Part shown: positions 24,801 to 37,358 of the stretch, one piece after another | Layout: every line of letters begins with the position of its first letter | Numbering within the stretch: the first letter of the stretch is position 1 | Source of the DNA: Azolla caroliniana | Taxonomy: Eukaryota; Plantae; Polypodiophyta | Direction: 5' to 3' | DNA: 64,000 nucleotides | NCBI GenBank assembly: GCA_043228905.1 | Contig: JBHGNT010000017.1 | Location: forward strand, 1,922,001 to 1,986,000 | Notes under the pieces: model-generated | What the model was told of the DNA's origin: nothing | The model's database searches: none | Seen by the model: only the letters and a program-made list of their open reading frames with translations | Program-made: the position numbers and the translations under genes

Positions 24801-26135
24801 TGCGCCCGAGTCCAGGAGCCATGTGCTCGATTCCTTAGTCGTAAGCAGAATTGATTCGATTGGGTTCTCTATGGAAAGTATGTTTGGGTTGGTCGTCAAA
24901 ATTTCGTCAAAAGAGCCGACGTAGTTGACCTCCTCATGCCGGCTACTCTTCTGATCCGCTCTCTGAACTTTGTCGGTTTTTGCTTTGAGTGCTCGACAGT
25001 CAGCTTTGATGTATCCCGGTTTGTTGCAGTAGTTGCAGATTCGGTTGTCCTGGGACTTGCTCCGGCTTCGCTAATTGTTCGGCGGTCGGGAAGAACTTCT
25101 TCCCCAGTTGTTCGATTGGTTGGTCGAACCTTGTACTACGTAAGCTTCATCTGCCGAGTCTTTGGCAAAAGACTTTCTCCGAGCTGCTTTAGTCAGGATT
25201 GCGCTCGTGATTTCGGAGTACTTAATGGCAATTGTTGAAGCATTGGACACGGTTGTGACGAAAGTTTCCCAAGAAGAGGGGAGACTACTCTATTGCCGTC
25301 CCCTGAGACGATATTTGGGAGCTTAGGCTTTCGTACTCGTCGAGGTGTGCCTGAACCGAATCAAATTCTTTTATTCGCAAGTTGTAGAGGCGCCAGATTA
25401 GATACATCTTCGTTGCGGCGACCTTCTTTTCATAAGTTTCCGACAGTGTTTTCCAAAGTTCAAAAGTTGTCGAGCATGATTGCACTGTGAAGTACACTGA
25501 CTCCGACAAGTGCATCCGAATCGTGGCACGGATGATTCTGTCAAGCTTTAGCCACTCGTTTGCCTTGTATGCTTCTGGAGGATTTTCATTCTCAATCGGG
25601 TCTATCTGACCCTTGACTATGAGATAGTCCTACATTTCTTCCTTCCAAAAGTTGAAGTTCGAACTGTCGAACCTCCTTAGACTCATCTCCGACGAGCTGG
25701 ATGTTGATGCCATGTGATTCAGTTTCGGTTGTTAAGACTCTGTTCAGAGTTAACTAGGAACCTTAGTGGGGTGCAGCCGGTCGACTCAACCGATATCATT
25801 CTAGTCGGTCTTGAGCCCGAGTCGGTTTGGTTTCAGATACTTGTTTGCTGAACCTTCAGACGAGGAGCAAGCATTGGAAAGCGATGACAGCCACGAGTGA
25901 CCACCTTCGGTCCCCCCATTCTTGGCATATACGGGTGGACGTGGGGGTTTCGCAGGGTGGATGTCGTCACGTGGCGAAACCAAAGGAGGAATGCAGGGAA
26001 ATATGGGGAAAAAGGGAAGATGTAAGAAAATCAATGGAAATAAAATCTAGAAAGGTATTAGCAATACAAAGTCAATTATCGTACTAGTTGTGGAGGTGTA
26101 GTGTCCCTGGGCCACTTTGGTAATAGGAATATTGT

Positions 26136-26596
26136 TGTCACGACACAATGACATCAAATACTTAGATAGTGAGGATTGAGAACTTGCAACCTCATATCTA
26201 CAAAACATCATGCTCAACCATCTAGATATGAGCATGTATTTGCATATAATAGAGTATTGTGTATTCTAGTATATATACATCCTAGAATATTCTAGAGCCC
26301 TTAGCGTATTCTAGAAATATTCTACGGTGTATCTTGAACGGGTATAATCTAGAGATATTTGTCAGGTATATTCTAGAGATACTCAATCTCAGAACTTGTA
26401 TAAATACTTATAACCTCCTTGGTCCCTTTCAAGGGATTCAACACCAGTCATTGACACATCAATCTAGTATTCTAATTTCGCGCCATCTTGTCTCCTTGAT
26501 CTTCTCATCTTTGTCTTCATAGTCTTGTGTCGTGCCCAACTTCTTAAGTTCCTCATCTCATCGCCCCCAACTTCCCGAGTTTCTAGCCTTGTCACT
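26136..26596. repeat. Candidate degenerate solo LTR
   Basis: Starts TGTCACGAC, repeated TCTAGA motifs, TATAAATA; no TSD found. Confidence 0.35.
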
Positions 26597-26599
26597 TAT

Positions 26600-27168
26600 A
26601 GCTCCGTGGTTGGTGTGTCCTCTTCCGACTCCATGTCCTTGTAGGCATCCTCTTCCTCCACCTCCGGATCCGGCTCCGACTCGTGTCCCTTCTTGAAGGC
26701 CTTTATCTACTTCCTCGCAACTGGTATCATTATCCTTGTTCCATTGAGCTCCACTAAGTGGTAGGTCGTGTTGTCATTGGCGCCCGTCGCCACGTATGAC
26801 CCGAACCACCGTCTTGCGAACTTCCAAGTCGACTTGTGTTGATTGTTGAGACTGTTGTCGTAGACCAACATCCAATCGCCTTCTTCGATCTTCTTTGGTT
26901 TCAATCGGTGCGTCCTATCGAACCGATCCTTAATCTTCATCCTCGCCTCATGTAACTTTGCCTTGGCTCATTCCATGTCCCCTGGCCGCCTCTCCAGTTG
27001 GCGAATCCGCGCAACCAATAGCTCTTCTCGGCTCATTTCATCTAACCAATCGATCGACGTCCATGGTGTTATTGTTCTCTCCACCGGCATGATCGGTTTT
27101 TGTCTGAACATGAGTTCGGGCGGCATGTCTCCGGTTACCAAACTGTGCGTAGTTCAGTCGGCCCATAG
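26600..27168 (-). mobile_element. Ty3/Gypsy integrase C-terminal remnant related to the 40307-47468 family
   Basis: RFDRTHRLKPKKIEEGDWMLVYDNSL...FARRWFG matches the end of the 43297-46680 Pol. Confidence 0.85.
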
Positions 27169-27359
27169 TGTCGAATACAAGTGTATAATGGCCGTATTCA
27201 CATCGTTCCTTTGCACAACCCAAGTTTGGGCTATTTCTGTAAATAGCATAAAGGGCAGTTGCCCTAGGATAGTCACTATATAAAATGACTTTGTAACCTT
27301 TAGTGAAGGTGGTGGTCATTTGTAACTGTTGCTATTCAGAAATAAAGCTATTCTTTGTG

Positions 27360-27406
<47 letters not shown>

Positions 27407-30400
27407 TGTTCATTCTCATACACAAGTCCTTCAACATCACAAATGTTGTTTGTTCTTCCGCACTGACGACCTTGTCCCCAACATTTGGTATCAGAGCGTT
27501 GGAGGTTCTTCAACCCGCTGTCGACCGTCATAGTACACCACACAACATTCTGTTTCTGTTTTTTCTTGAAGAACAGAGAAGAGAGAAGACAAACAAGAAG
27601 TCTGCATCTCACTGTGTTAAATCACTAATTGGAGTAAGCTAGCCGGTTGTACTCTGTTCCTGTGATTGTAACCACTTGAGATTGGTCTCCAGGCAACAAC
27701 CAAATTCGTGCTTCATTTGGCTGATCGACATTCGGGAGGATCAGTTGGATCCGTCCCTCTCATCGTTGCAGTCATCCGAAGCAGAATCGGCCTAAACAAT
27801 CGATTTCTTGTGATCGGTATTCGGCATACAATCAGAAGTTAATCGGATTCACTCCAAGAAGGTTCAACAAACAAGTATCCGAAACCAAACCTACTCGGGT
27901 TCAAGACCGACTAGAACGATATCGGGTGAGCCAACCGGCTGCACCCCACTAAGGCTCCTAGTCAACTTTGAACAGAGTCTTACCAACCGTAACCGAATCA
28001 GGTGGCATCAACATCCGGCTCATCGGAGATGAGTCTAAGGAGGTTTGACAGTTCAAACTTCAACTTCTGGAAGGAACAAATGCAGGACTATCTCATAGTC
28101 AAGGGTAAGATAGACCCGATTGAGAATGAAAATCCTCTAGAAGCATACAAGGCAAACGAGTGCCTAAAGCTTGACAGAATCATCCGCGCCACGATTCAGA
28201 TGCACTTGTCGGAGTCAGTGTACTTCACAGTGCAATCATGCTCGACAACTTTTGAACTTTGGAAAACACTGTCGGAAACTTATGAAAAGAAGGTCGCCGC
28301 AACGAAGATGTATCTGATGCGGTGCCTCTACAATTTGCGGATGAAAGAATCTGATTCGGTTTAAGCACATTACAATGAGTACGAAAGCCTAAGCTCCCAA
28401 ATATCGTCTCAGGGGACGGCAATAGAGGATGAATTCAGAGCAATGATACTCATGAGTAGTTTCCCCTCTTCTTGGGAAACTTTCGTCACAACTGTGTGCA
28501 ATGCTTCAACAACTGCCATTAAGTACTCCGAAATCACGAGCGCAATCCTGACTGAAGCAACTCGGAGAAAGTCTTTTGCCAAAGACTCGGCAGATGAAGC
28601 GTACGTAGTACAAGGTTCGATCGACCAATCGAACAACTAGGGAAGAAGTTCTTCCCGACCACCGAACAATCAGCGAAGCCAGAGCAAGTCTCGGAACAAC
28701 CGAATTTGCAACTACTGCAACAAACCGGGATACATCAAAGCTGACTGTCGGGCACTCAAAGCAAAAACCGACAAAGCTCGGAGAGCGGATCAGAAGAGTA
28801 GCCAGCATGAAGAGGTCAACTACATCGGCTCTTCAGCCGAATTTTTGACGATCGACCCGAACATATTGTCCATAGAGAACCCAGTCGAATCAGAAGTACT
28901 ACTTACGACTGAGGAATTGAGCACATGGCTCCTGGACTCGGGCGCATCATATCATGTGACACCTCACTGATCTCAGTTTCGGCAATACTCGGTCCGACAC
29001 GTTCATGAGCTTTCAAGTCCCTTGATCTTAGTCGGACAACTTGACGAAGCCGGCATCCGTGCCGGGTTCTCATCAGGAGGGTGGACACTCCACAAAGGGA
29101 ACTTCCTGCTTGCTCAAGGACCAAAGGTACACTCTTTGTACCCTTTATATGTCACACTCAAAGAGGGTGACTTATTTTTGGTTGATATCCCCGTGTCATC
29201 GTTATGGCACGAATGACTTGGACACCTCAACAAGGCTGGCATAACGCACCTATCCAGAGCCGGTTACATCCCCAAGCTCTCCTTCTCAGATTGTCAATTT
29301 TGCGAGCATTACCAGTACGACAAACATGTAGCCGCATCACACCCGACATCAGCACCAAGATAATCGAGTCCCCTCGATTTGGTCCACTCGGACGTCTGTG
29401 GCCCGATGCCACATCAGTCTCTCAACGGTGCTTCGTACTTCATCAGTTTTATTGACGATTCGACTCAGAAGGTGTGGGCTTACCCCATTAGAACCAAAGA
29501 TCGGGTGTTCTCGATCTTCTATGAATGGCTTGCAATGGTCGAAAACCAGATTGGTCGGAAACTAAAATGTCTCTGAACCGATAATGGAGGAGAATTCAAG
29601 TTTGACGAATTCTCAAATTTTGCCGAGAACGCGGCATTCGACGTGAATATACAACACCCTATAGTCCGGAGCAGAACGGAATTGTTGAACGCATGAATCA
29701 GATGATTTAAGAACGCATAATATCCATGCTCCAACACTCTGGACTGTCTGATGGCTTCTAGGCTGAGGTTTTACTTACGGCTGTACACATAATAAATATG
29801 TTGCAAAGTAGACCTCTAGGACTTAAAATACCTCAGGAAACATGGACCAGTAGTAAGTTGAATTATGACAAGTTGAGGATCTTCGGTTGCGAGGCGTATG
29901 CCCTCATACCGAAAGACGACCGTCGGAAACTTGAACCAAGATCAAGGAAATCCGTTTTCCTTGGATATGGACCCGACGACGAGATCGGATACCGACTCTG
30001 GGTCCATGAGCACAAACAAATCGTCCGAAGTTCGGATGTTGTGTTCAACGAGTCGGCTATGCATAAAACAACCGAAAGGCCTATTGAAGTGTTGGGAAAC
30101 AGGTCCCTCCGGATGGGAAGGAAGAAGAACAGTGCCGATGAACAAGCCTCGACCGAAACCGTATGAGGAGGACCCGGCTATGGAGAGCCGGATGGTACAG
30201 ACCCGGTATGAACCGGATGAGGTGTACCCGGCTACGGAGAGCCGGATGGTGCAGGCCCGGTATGAACCGGATGAGGAGTGCCCGGCTACGGAGAGCCGGA
30301 TGGTGCAGGCCCGGTATGAACCGGATGAGGAGTACCCGGCTACGGAGAGCCGGATGGTGCAGGCCCGGTATGAACCGGATGAAGAGACATATTCGTAAAT

Positions 30401-30907
30401 ATGTTTCTGAGAGCCCATCGAAGCTACATTTGTAAATAGCCGAAAAGTCATATTAGTATAAATATGACTTAGGGCAAACTTTTAACTGTTGTTGTCATTC
30501 TTCCTTGTTGGTGCAAGAAGAAACGAGAGTGCGTAACTGTACAGAGAGAGAGAGAGAGAGAGACGAGGTCGTTGCCTCTGTTGTAACCGCCGCCTGTGGC
30601 GAAGACTTGTGAGCACGAGGTCGGTGCCTCAGTGAACTCACTATTGTATATTCCTACATAGTGACAGTTTGCAGCCTGTGGGCTGCCGTGGTTTTTCCCC
30701 TAGTTTGGGGTTTTCCACGTAAACATTCTGTGTACCCTTTTTCTCTTCTTTGTGTCGCGTGCATTTCGTTTCCTGTTTTTTCTGTGTATGAAAAGAAGCT
30801 CGGTTGTGGCCGAGCGTTGCGCATAAGGAACGTCAAGTTCCCGACATGAAGTCCGAAGGGTAATATTTTCCGAAGTGCCAACCCTTAATGAAGGCCCAGC
30901 CCCCAAC
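27169..30907 (+). mobile_element. Degenerate Ty1/Copia (copy B, same family as copy A), interrupted after integrase
   Basis: 5' LTR 27169-27483, PBS TGGTATCAGAGC (tRNA-iMet) 27486-27497, gag from 28002, INT; many stops. Confidence 0.92.
30090..30846 (+). mobile_element. Solo LTR related to the LTRs of the 54162-59577 Copia, with a 54-bp x4 internal repeat (~30172-30385)
   Basis: TGTTGGGA...CCCGACA; 5-bp TSD TGAAG (30085-30089, 30847-30851); host Copia sequence resumes exactly. Confidence 0.92.
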
Positions 30908-32130
30908 TATTATGTGAAGGATAAGTACAAAATGGCTAAGAGGCTTAAGACTGGCGTTGAACCAATTTGGTTCAACATAATGCCTAGTGCCCTCTTTTAT
31001 AGTGTTCTCAGGAATAATCCTGAAGCTTCTAGAATGTTCCAGAGAGATCTGGAATATACATCAATTTTCTATGATAAAGCATAAACGAAAATAATATCCT
31101 ACGTATTAGAATTCATAGTCTAATGGTAAGAGCTCTACCCATGTAGCATAAGGTCATGGGTTGGAGTCTTGCCATATCATGACACTATCTCCCCCTTAAA
31201 GATGACGAGTGGAACGAGTCGGCGCTGATTGCGGACCGGGTTTGTCCGGATACTCTCGGTGGAAATCAACAAGAAGATTCTGAGCATTGGCAACATGCTC
31301 GACGGGTTCCCAAGTACGTTCGCTCAAACTATAACCAAGCCAATCGACCAAATAATAAATTTTGTTGCGAACAAGTTTGGAATCGAGGATGGCAGCAACT
31401 TCATACTCCGGGCCAACGTCCAACTCTAGCGGGGGCGGCGATGGTGTAACACGATCGGGAATGGTGTTTGCTTTATAAGGTTCAAGAAGAGAACAATGGA
31501 AAACCGGATGCATCTGAAGCTGCGGAGGGAGATCAAGGCGGAATGTGACATCATTAACCTTACTCGTAATACGGAAAGGACCGAGTCGTCGATAATCCAA
31601 CTTGTCGCACGGTCGAGTAGTCTTGATGTGACGACGTAAGAGCCATACTCAATCTCCGATGGCAAAAGAGGAGGGAAGCCGATGACGATCCGCGTAAGTC
31701 TTCTGTGTCTGTTGAGCATGACGAAGATGAGTCGAGAGATTTGTCTGGATCTTGCGTAGTCTCTCCAAATGATCCCCGACACGAGGATTGGTAGGTAGCT
31801 CCAGGGTGTTGATCACCGACCAGCGAGGATGAGAACCGATATAAGTGTAGAATGGGGAAGACTCGAGTCAAGGAGTGAACAACATTATTATACGCAAACT
31901 CCGCAAAGTGGAGAATCTCGGCCCAATTGTCTTGTTGATAACTCAGGAAACACCGGAGATATTGCTCCAACGTTTGGTTTGTTCATTCCGCCTGCCCATC
32001 GGTCTGAGGATGGTAGCCAGAGGAGAGGTTGCAAGAGACCTTGAGCATCTTGAAGAGATGCTGCCAAAATTTGGAGACAAATTGCGGTCCTCGGTCACTG
32101 ATGATACTGTCTGGGAGGCCATGATGCTGA
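30908..32130 (-). mobile_element. Chromovirus (Ty3/Gypsy, Tcn1-like) 3' part: integrase, chromodomain, PPT, 3' LTR (~30908-31184)
   Basis: [18 protein letters not shown], chromodomain EYEVAAILD...YLVDWLGY...TWEP; PPT AGGGGGAGATAG before TGTCATGA. Confidence 0.9.
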
Positions 32131-32298
32131 TGTCGTGAAGAATTTTGGCCAAAGGCGGAAACCGGGAAATATTGGCTACATCGACAGGGTGCAACATGTG
32201 CAATCACCCTTGTACATTTAGTGCGAATAACGAGGGCGCCTTTATGGCGCCGAAGAGTAGTCAAGTCGGGACAGAGAATCCCATGTAAGTCAGGATTT

Positions 32299-32338
32299 AT
32301 CCCACATTGTGACGCGTCTCCCTCCTTGTTCTATAAAA
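32299..32338 (+). promoter_or_regulatory. snRNA-type USE + TATA module inside an LTR
   Basis: ATCCCACATTG (32299-32309), 22 bp, TATAAAA (32332-32338). Confidence 0.55.
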
Positions 32339-35300
32339 GGAAGGGAGCGCCTCTTGTGAAGGGGTTGCCCATTTTGTGTTAGAGGGTATACCGTTAGATT
32401 TAGGGTTAGTTTCTTCTTTTCCTTCTTCTTCTTCTTCTTCGCCGTGTGGGTTGAGGGTTCATGTCTGTTTAGGGTTGTTTCTGCTCGGTCTCCTGTGCAA
32501 GACCCCGCTCTGCGCGACGAGCCCGAGAGCTCCTCGGACGGCGGCTTGGCAACAGACTGTTGTTGTAACCTACCCTACCTTGGTCCGGCTTGAAGCCGGG
32601 AATGTATTTTTCCCCCCATGTAATATACATACTCGTATCTGTTTGTGCATATTGGTGTTTTTGGTGGTGTCGAGAGCACAACCCCTCTTGCTTCCTGTGC
32701 ATAAGATTCGGTGCCGCGCACATGCTCTCCCTCTCCTCTCTCTCTCTCTCTCTCTCTCTTCTGCCGTTGCTGTCGTTGTCGTCGCCGTCGTCTGCAGCCA
32801 CTGTCTGCCGCCGTTGCAGCCGTTGCCATCTGCTCTCTCTCTCTCTCTCTCTCTCGCTTCCTCGCCTTTGTGTAACGGCTCTCTCTACCGTTGTTGTCAC
32901 CGGTTAGTGTCGTCGTCGTCTGTTGCTGTCGTTGTCCGACGACTACCGCTGTCTGCGGCCGTCGCCGTCTGCTACTGTCTGCAGCCGTCTGCCGTCGTCT
33001 GACGACCGCCGCCGTCACGGGGTGTTTCTTCTCCGTTTTCTCTTGACGTTGTGAAGTGCCATTTTCTTGACGAGTTCGTGGGTGGGTTCTTTTGGTGTGC
33101 TCGTCGCGTGCTACAAAATGCCGATGTGATTGCGACATACACACAAACTCGGCTAAGTCTCGAACCCATTTATTTTACCTTTTTTTCTTATTGACACCAC
33201 AATGACGTCTAAACGAACTAAGGAACATAAGGATATACAAGACGAGGCTATAAGTAAGGAGGACTTTTTAGATATGTTTAATCGTTTAACAAAAATAGAG
33301 ATGGATATGAAAAAATGAGTGAAAGACACCGAAACCCACAAGAAAAAAGATAGAGAAGAAAAAGACGCCCTCAAGGCCGAAATAGAACAACTTAAAGTAG
33401 AAAACACCAACCTTAAAAAACAACTTAAGGACATCGAGGTATCTCGAGAAGACGGTGAAATATCCTTTATAGAGGATATAAAGGACGAAATTAAAAAAGT
33501 TAAAGAGGAAGTTAATAATAACATAGAGTTAGCTAAAACGGGTTGGGTAGATGTGGTTAAAAGAAACATTAAAAAAGAAATAAAAGATGAATATATTGTT
33601 AATACCACCCTTGAAGAAGAGAAAATGCGTCAGGCCCGACGCTTAAATGTACGTGTCACTGGGCTCAAGGAAGGTGCATCCCCAAATGAGGACGAACAAA
33701 CACTTGGGAAAATGTTAGGGTACACAGAGGCCCTACCTATCACCAAAGCATGGAGGGCCGGGCGTGACACAACTAGGAAGAGAGCCTTAGTCCTTCAATT
33801 TAAAGACTTAGACTCTAGAATCACTTTCTTTAAGAAGAGACCAATCCTTCGAGGAATGGATGGGGACCCCATCTATCTCGATGAAGACCTCACTAAGATG
33901 CAAATTGAGCATCGCAAGAGTTGTATGCCACGAGTTATGCAAGCTTGTAAAGAAGGCCATCGCGCCTTTTACCGAGACGGGCGAGTGATCATAAATGATT
34001 GCACTACTAATTGACGGCGTGTGGCCCATGTGACAGAAAATGCACTTAGGATGACCCTATGGAATTGTAATGGCGCACTCTAGGCACACCCCGACCGCCT
34101 AGAGGAGATACTAAAGGTATCTGATATACTTTTCTTGGTAGAAACACATCAGAGCCCAAATAGAGGACTCCCAAGGGTCAAAGGATTTCGTTGGGAGTCC
34201 GCTTTTAGACAAACCTCACGTCGACACACTACTAGGGGATCTGGAGGTGTCGCGATACTATTTCGTAGAGAGCTACATAATAGGATAGAAATAATGAAGA
34301 TAGACCCAAAAGCTCGTTTTATGTGGGTGAAGTCTCCACAAGCAAAGACCAGGCAGTATTTTTCGCCATTTGTTACTTTCCCCCAAAAGGATCCCGTTAT
34401 AATATTGGTGGCTTGACGAGATTAGTCGATGAAGGAATGCCACATGGGCCTTCTCCATACGAACCCCTATCGGATGACATAATCCGATATTCTTCCCAAG
34501 GAGAAGTATTTCTTGTAGGAGACTTCAATGCGAGAACCCAATCCCGACAATGCACAGTATTTAAGATGAATAGAAACCTAGAAATGGTAAATGTTGATCC
34601 TTTAGACATAGGCACCACACGTAGATCAAAGGACCAAGGTGCGGACGCCACGAGCTTTGGCCATCATCTGCTCGAACTTGGCAGTCGGCACCGGATGGTC
34701 ATATATAATGGTTTAGCTAAGTGGCCGGGCTCGGAAGAGCTCACATGTTTCCCACATGGAGGAGGGGAAAGCACAATTGACTATCTAATAGGGCGCCCTG
34801 AAGCTACCCACATGATTAACTCCTTCCGAGTGGCCCCATGCCCTATTGGCGTAGACCATAGTTTCTTATACTTCGAGCTAAAATGTGATATCTCTAAGGT
34901 CACCAAGTCTAGTCAACCATGCCATCACACCACAATACATTTCACACATGAGCTCTCTGACATATACTCTCAACATGTTCAGGCCCATCTCCCCTCCCTT
35001 GATCCCTCCCTACCGTTAGAAAGCCTTAGTACAAAACTCACACACATCCTTCACTCCGCAACAGCTAACAGTTTCCCATATACAAAACACTCAAATCAAG
35101 GTAGATCAGGATCAATGCCACAAAATAAATGGTATGACGAGGATTGTAGGGACTTACATAGACAACTTACAGTATCGCAACTCAATGGTAGTATTACCTC
35201 CATACAAGCCCGCAAAGAAATGCGTAAGATGACACGTCATAAGAGACGATCGTGGGAGGCATCCCAATACTGGGAACTCTACCATATGCTCATGAGTAGC

Positions 35301-37358
35301 GATTGCGCCACGGCATGGAAGAGACTACGGGAGCCAAGACCACAAACACCCATCGAAGATCCCGAAACTTGGCACACATATACAGAGAGACTTTACCAAA
35401 TCCCAAACCAACCACCCATTCCAATGCCTTCCACACCCCGGCCTACCACGGGGACACTTTTCACGACCTCTAGGGTTGTGAAGGTCATAAAGAAATTACA
35501 ACATAGGAAGTCCATGGACCACACAGGATTGCGAGTAGAACACATTATATATGCGAGAGAGTGCCTAGCTCCCTTGCTAACTCTAATCTTCAATCGTGCC
35601 CTTGCGGAGGGTTTTCCACCACAGTGGACTATGAATAATGTGGCCCCCATACATAAAGGGGGGGACCCCATGGACCCAAATACATATAGGACCATTATGA
35701 TAGGCCATACCCTTGCTAAGTTATATGGTGCAGTGATGGAAGTAGAGCTTAGCGACTATATGGAGACCCTAAACCTTCGTGCACCTGAACAAGCTGGCTT
35801 TAGACGAGCCTTCTCCACTATTGATCATATCTTCACACTTAGATGCCTAATTGACCAAACTAAGGCTCGCAAGAAGAAATTATACTGTTGTTTTGTGGAC
35901 TTCCGCACAGCCTTTGACACAGTCCCTAGAGAGTGGTTGTTTGATAGACTTAAAAGCTTGAGGATACCAGATGATATGGTATGGGCCATCTACGCACTAT
36001 ATGAACAAGTGTCCGGGTGTGTCCGATGACCAGGTGGCCTATCTAATCGTTTCACTAGCAATATTGGTGTAAAACAAGGTTGCCCCCTATCACCGACGCT
36101 TTTTGGGATCTACATTGATGAGATCACAGATTTATTGCTCGTGAGGGAGGCACCGGAGTGGTCCTTGGGGATACGCAGGTTCGTATCTTGCTCTATGCGG
36201 ATGACATAGTTTTGCTCTCTGAATCCGAACACGACCTACAAAGGCACCTTAATGCCTTAGATGACTTTTGTGTACAACGAGGATTGGTAGTGAATCTAGG
36301 GAAAACGAAAGTCCTTATCTTCCACACATCGGCCCAAGTTAGAGCTAAGTGTCACCTAACTATCTCCCATAGCCCAGTCGAGGTGGTTGGATCATACGTC
36401 TATCTCGGAGTCACTTTTAGTGCCCGCTCAGGTAAATTTTCGATGACACAGGCAACGAAGGATAGACTCACGAGAGGACATGCATCCCTCTCACTCCTAG
36501 AGAGACAATGCCACCAAGCACACTTTCAAGAGCCACGGACTAAAGGGTGGCTCTTTGACTCATTAGTGACCCCCTCCCTCATGTATGCATCAGCGGTTTG
36601 GGTTCCAGGATTACCATCTTTCATGTGGACACAATTAGAGAGACCATTGGTGATGATGCTATCACGCCAACTCCGAAGCAAATCGACTGTACCACATGAC
36701 ATTATTAGGGCTGAGTTCACGTTACCCCCAATGTTAGTAGAGGCACTTTTTCAACTTGTAGTCTTCATTCACAGGATACATAGCCAACCACATGATAGAA
36801 TATCTCATCAAGCCTTTAAGGCCTCTCGATCATTGTATGAGTCCGGCTATACTAGCTCATGGTATGGCATGATGGTGAGTTGGCTTCTGTTGTTCTCTGA
36901 CTGGACAAGGCCTAACACAAGGTGTCGCGGAGACACTTCACCAAAGGGTGGTTACGGCATAGGATTATGACTCAACGATTACACCGACTTACGTAGGTTA
37001 CACGATTAGAGCGCTTTTGTTAATTACACGCGTAAGATATAACAGTAATTACAGAACGGAAATCAACACAGAAGTATAAACACCATACGCTCTATTAATT
37101 ATCCGCTGCGATTACAATGGGCTCTGGGCCTTTAAATAGGTTTCCGGTCCGTAGTACAAAACGGTGCCTATCGCACCTATTCGGGATCCGTCCGGATCTG
37201 GAACGGCATACCGTTTCCAGTCCGTCCGTCCATACTATGCTTATTTACAACCATACTTAATTAATTCCTTCACTCCGTATTTTGGACTTCTTGCCGGCCG
37301 GTAACACATGGCACGCCCGTGGGACAGTACCTTGTACGTCGAACCCTTCTCGGCCCCT

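Noticed and set aside
29898-30451. Repeat-protein ORFs (PATESRMVQARYEPDEE)n
   Set aside because: By-product of the 54-bp LTR repeat, whose length is a multiple of 3
32360-32480. Telomerase RNA downstream of the USE-TATA
   Set aside because: Telomere-like motifs are G-strand (TTTAGGGTT), not a C-rich template, and lie within an LTR
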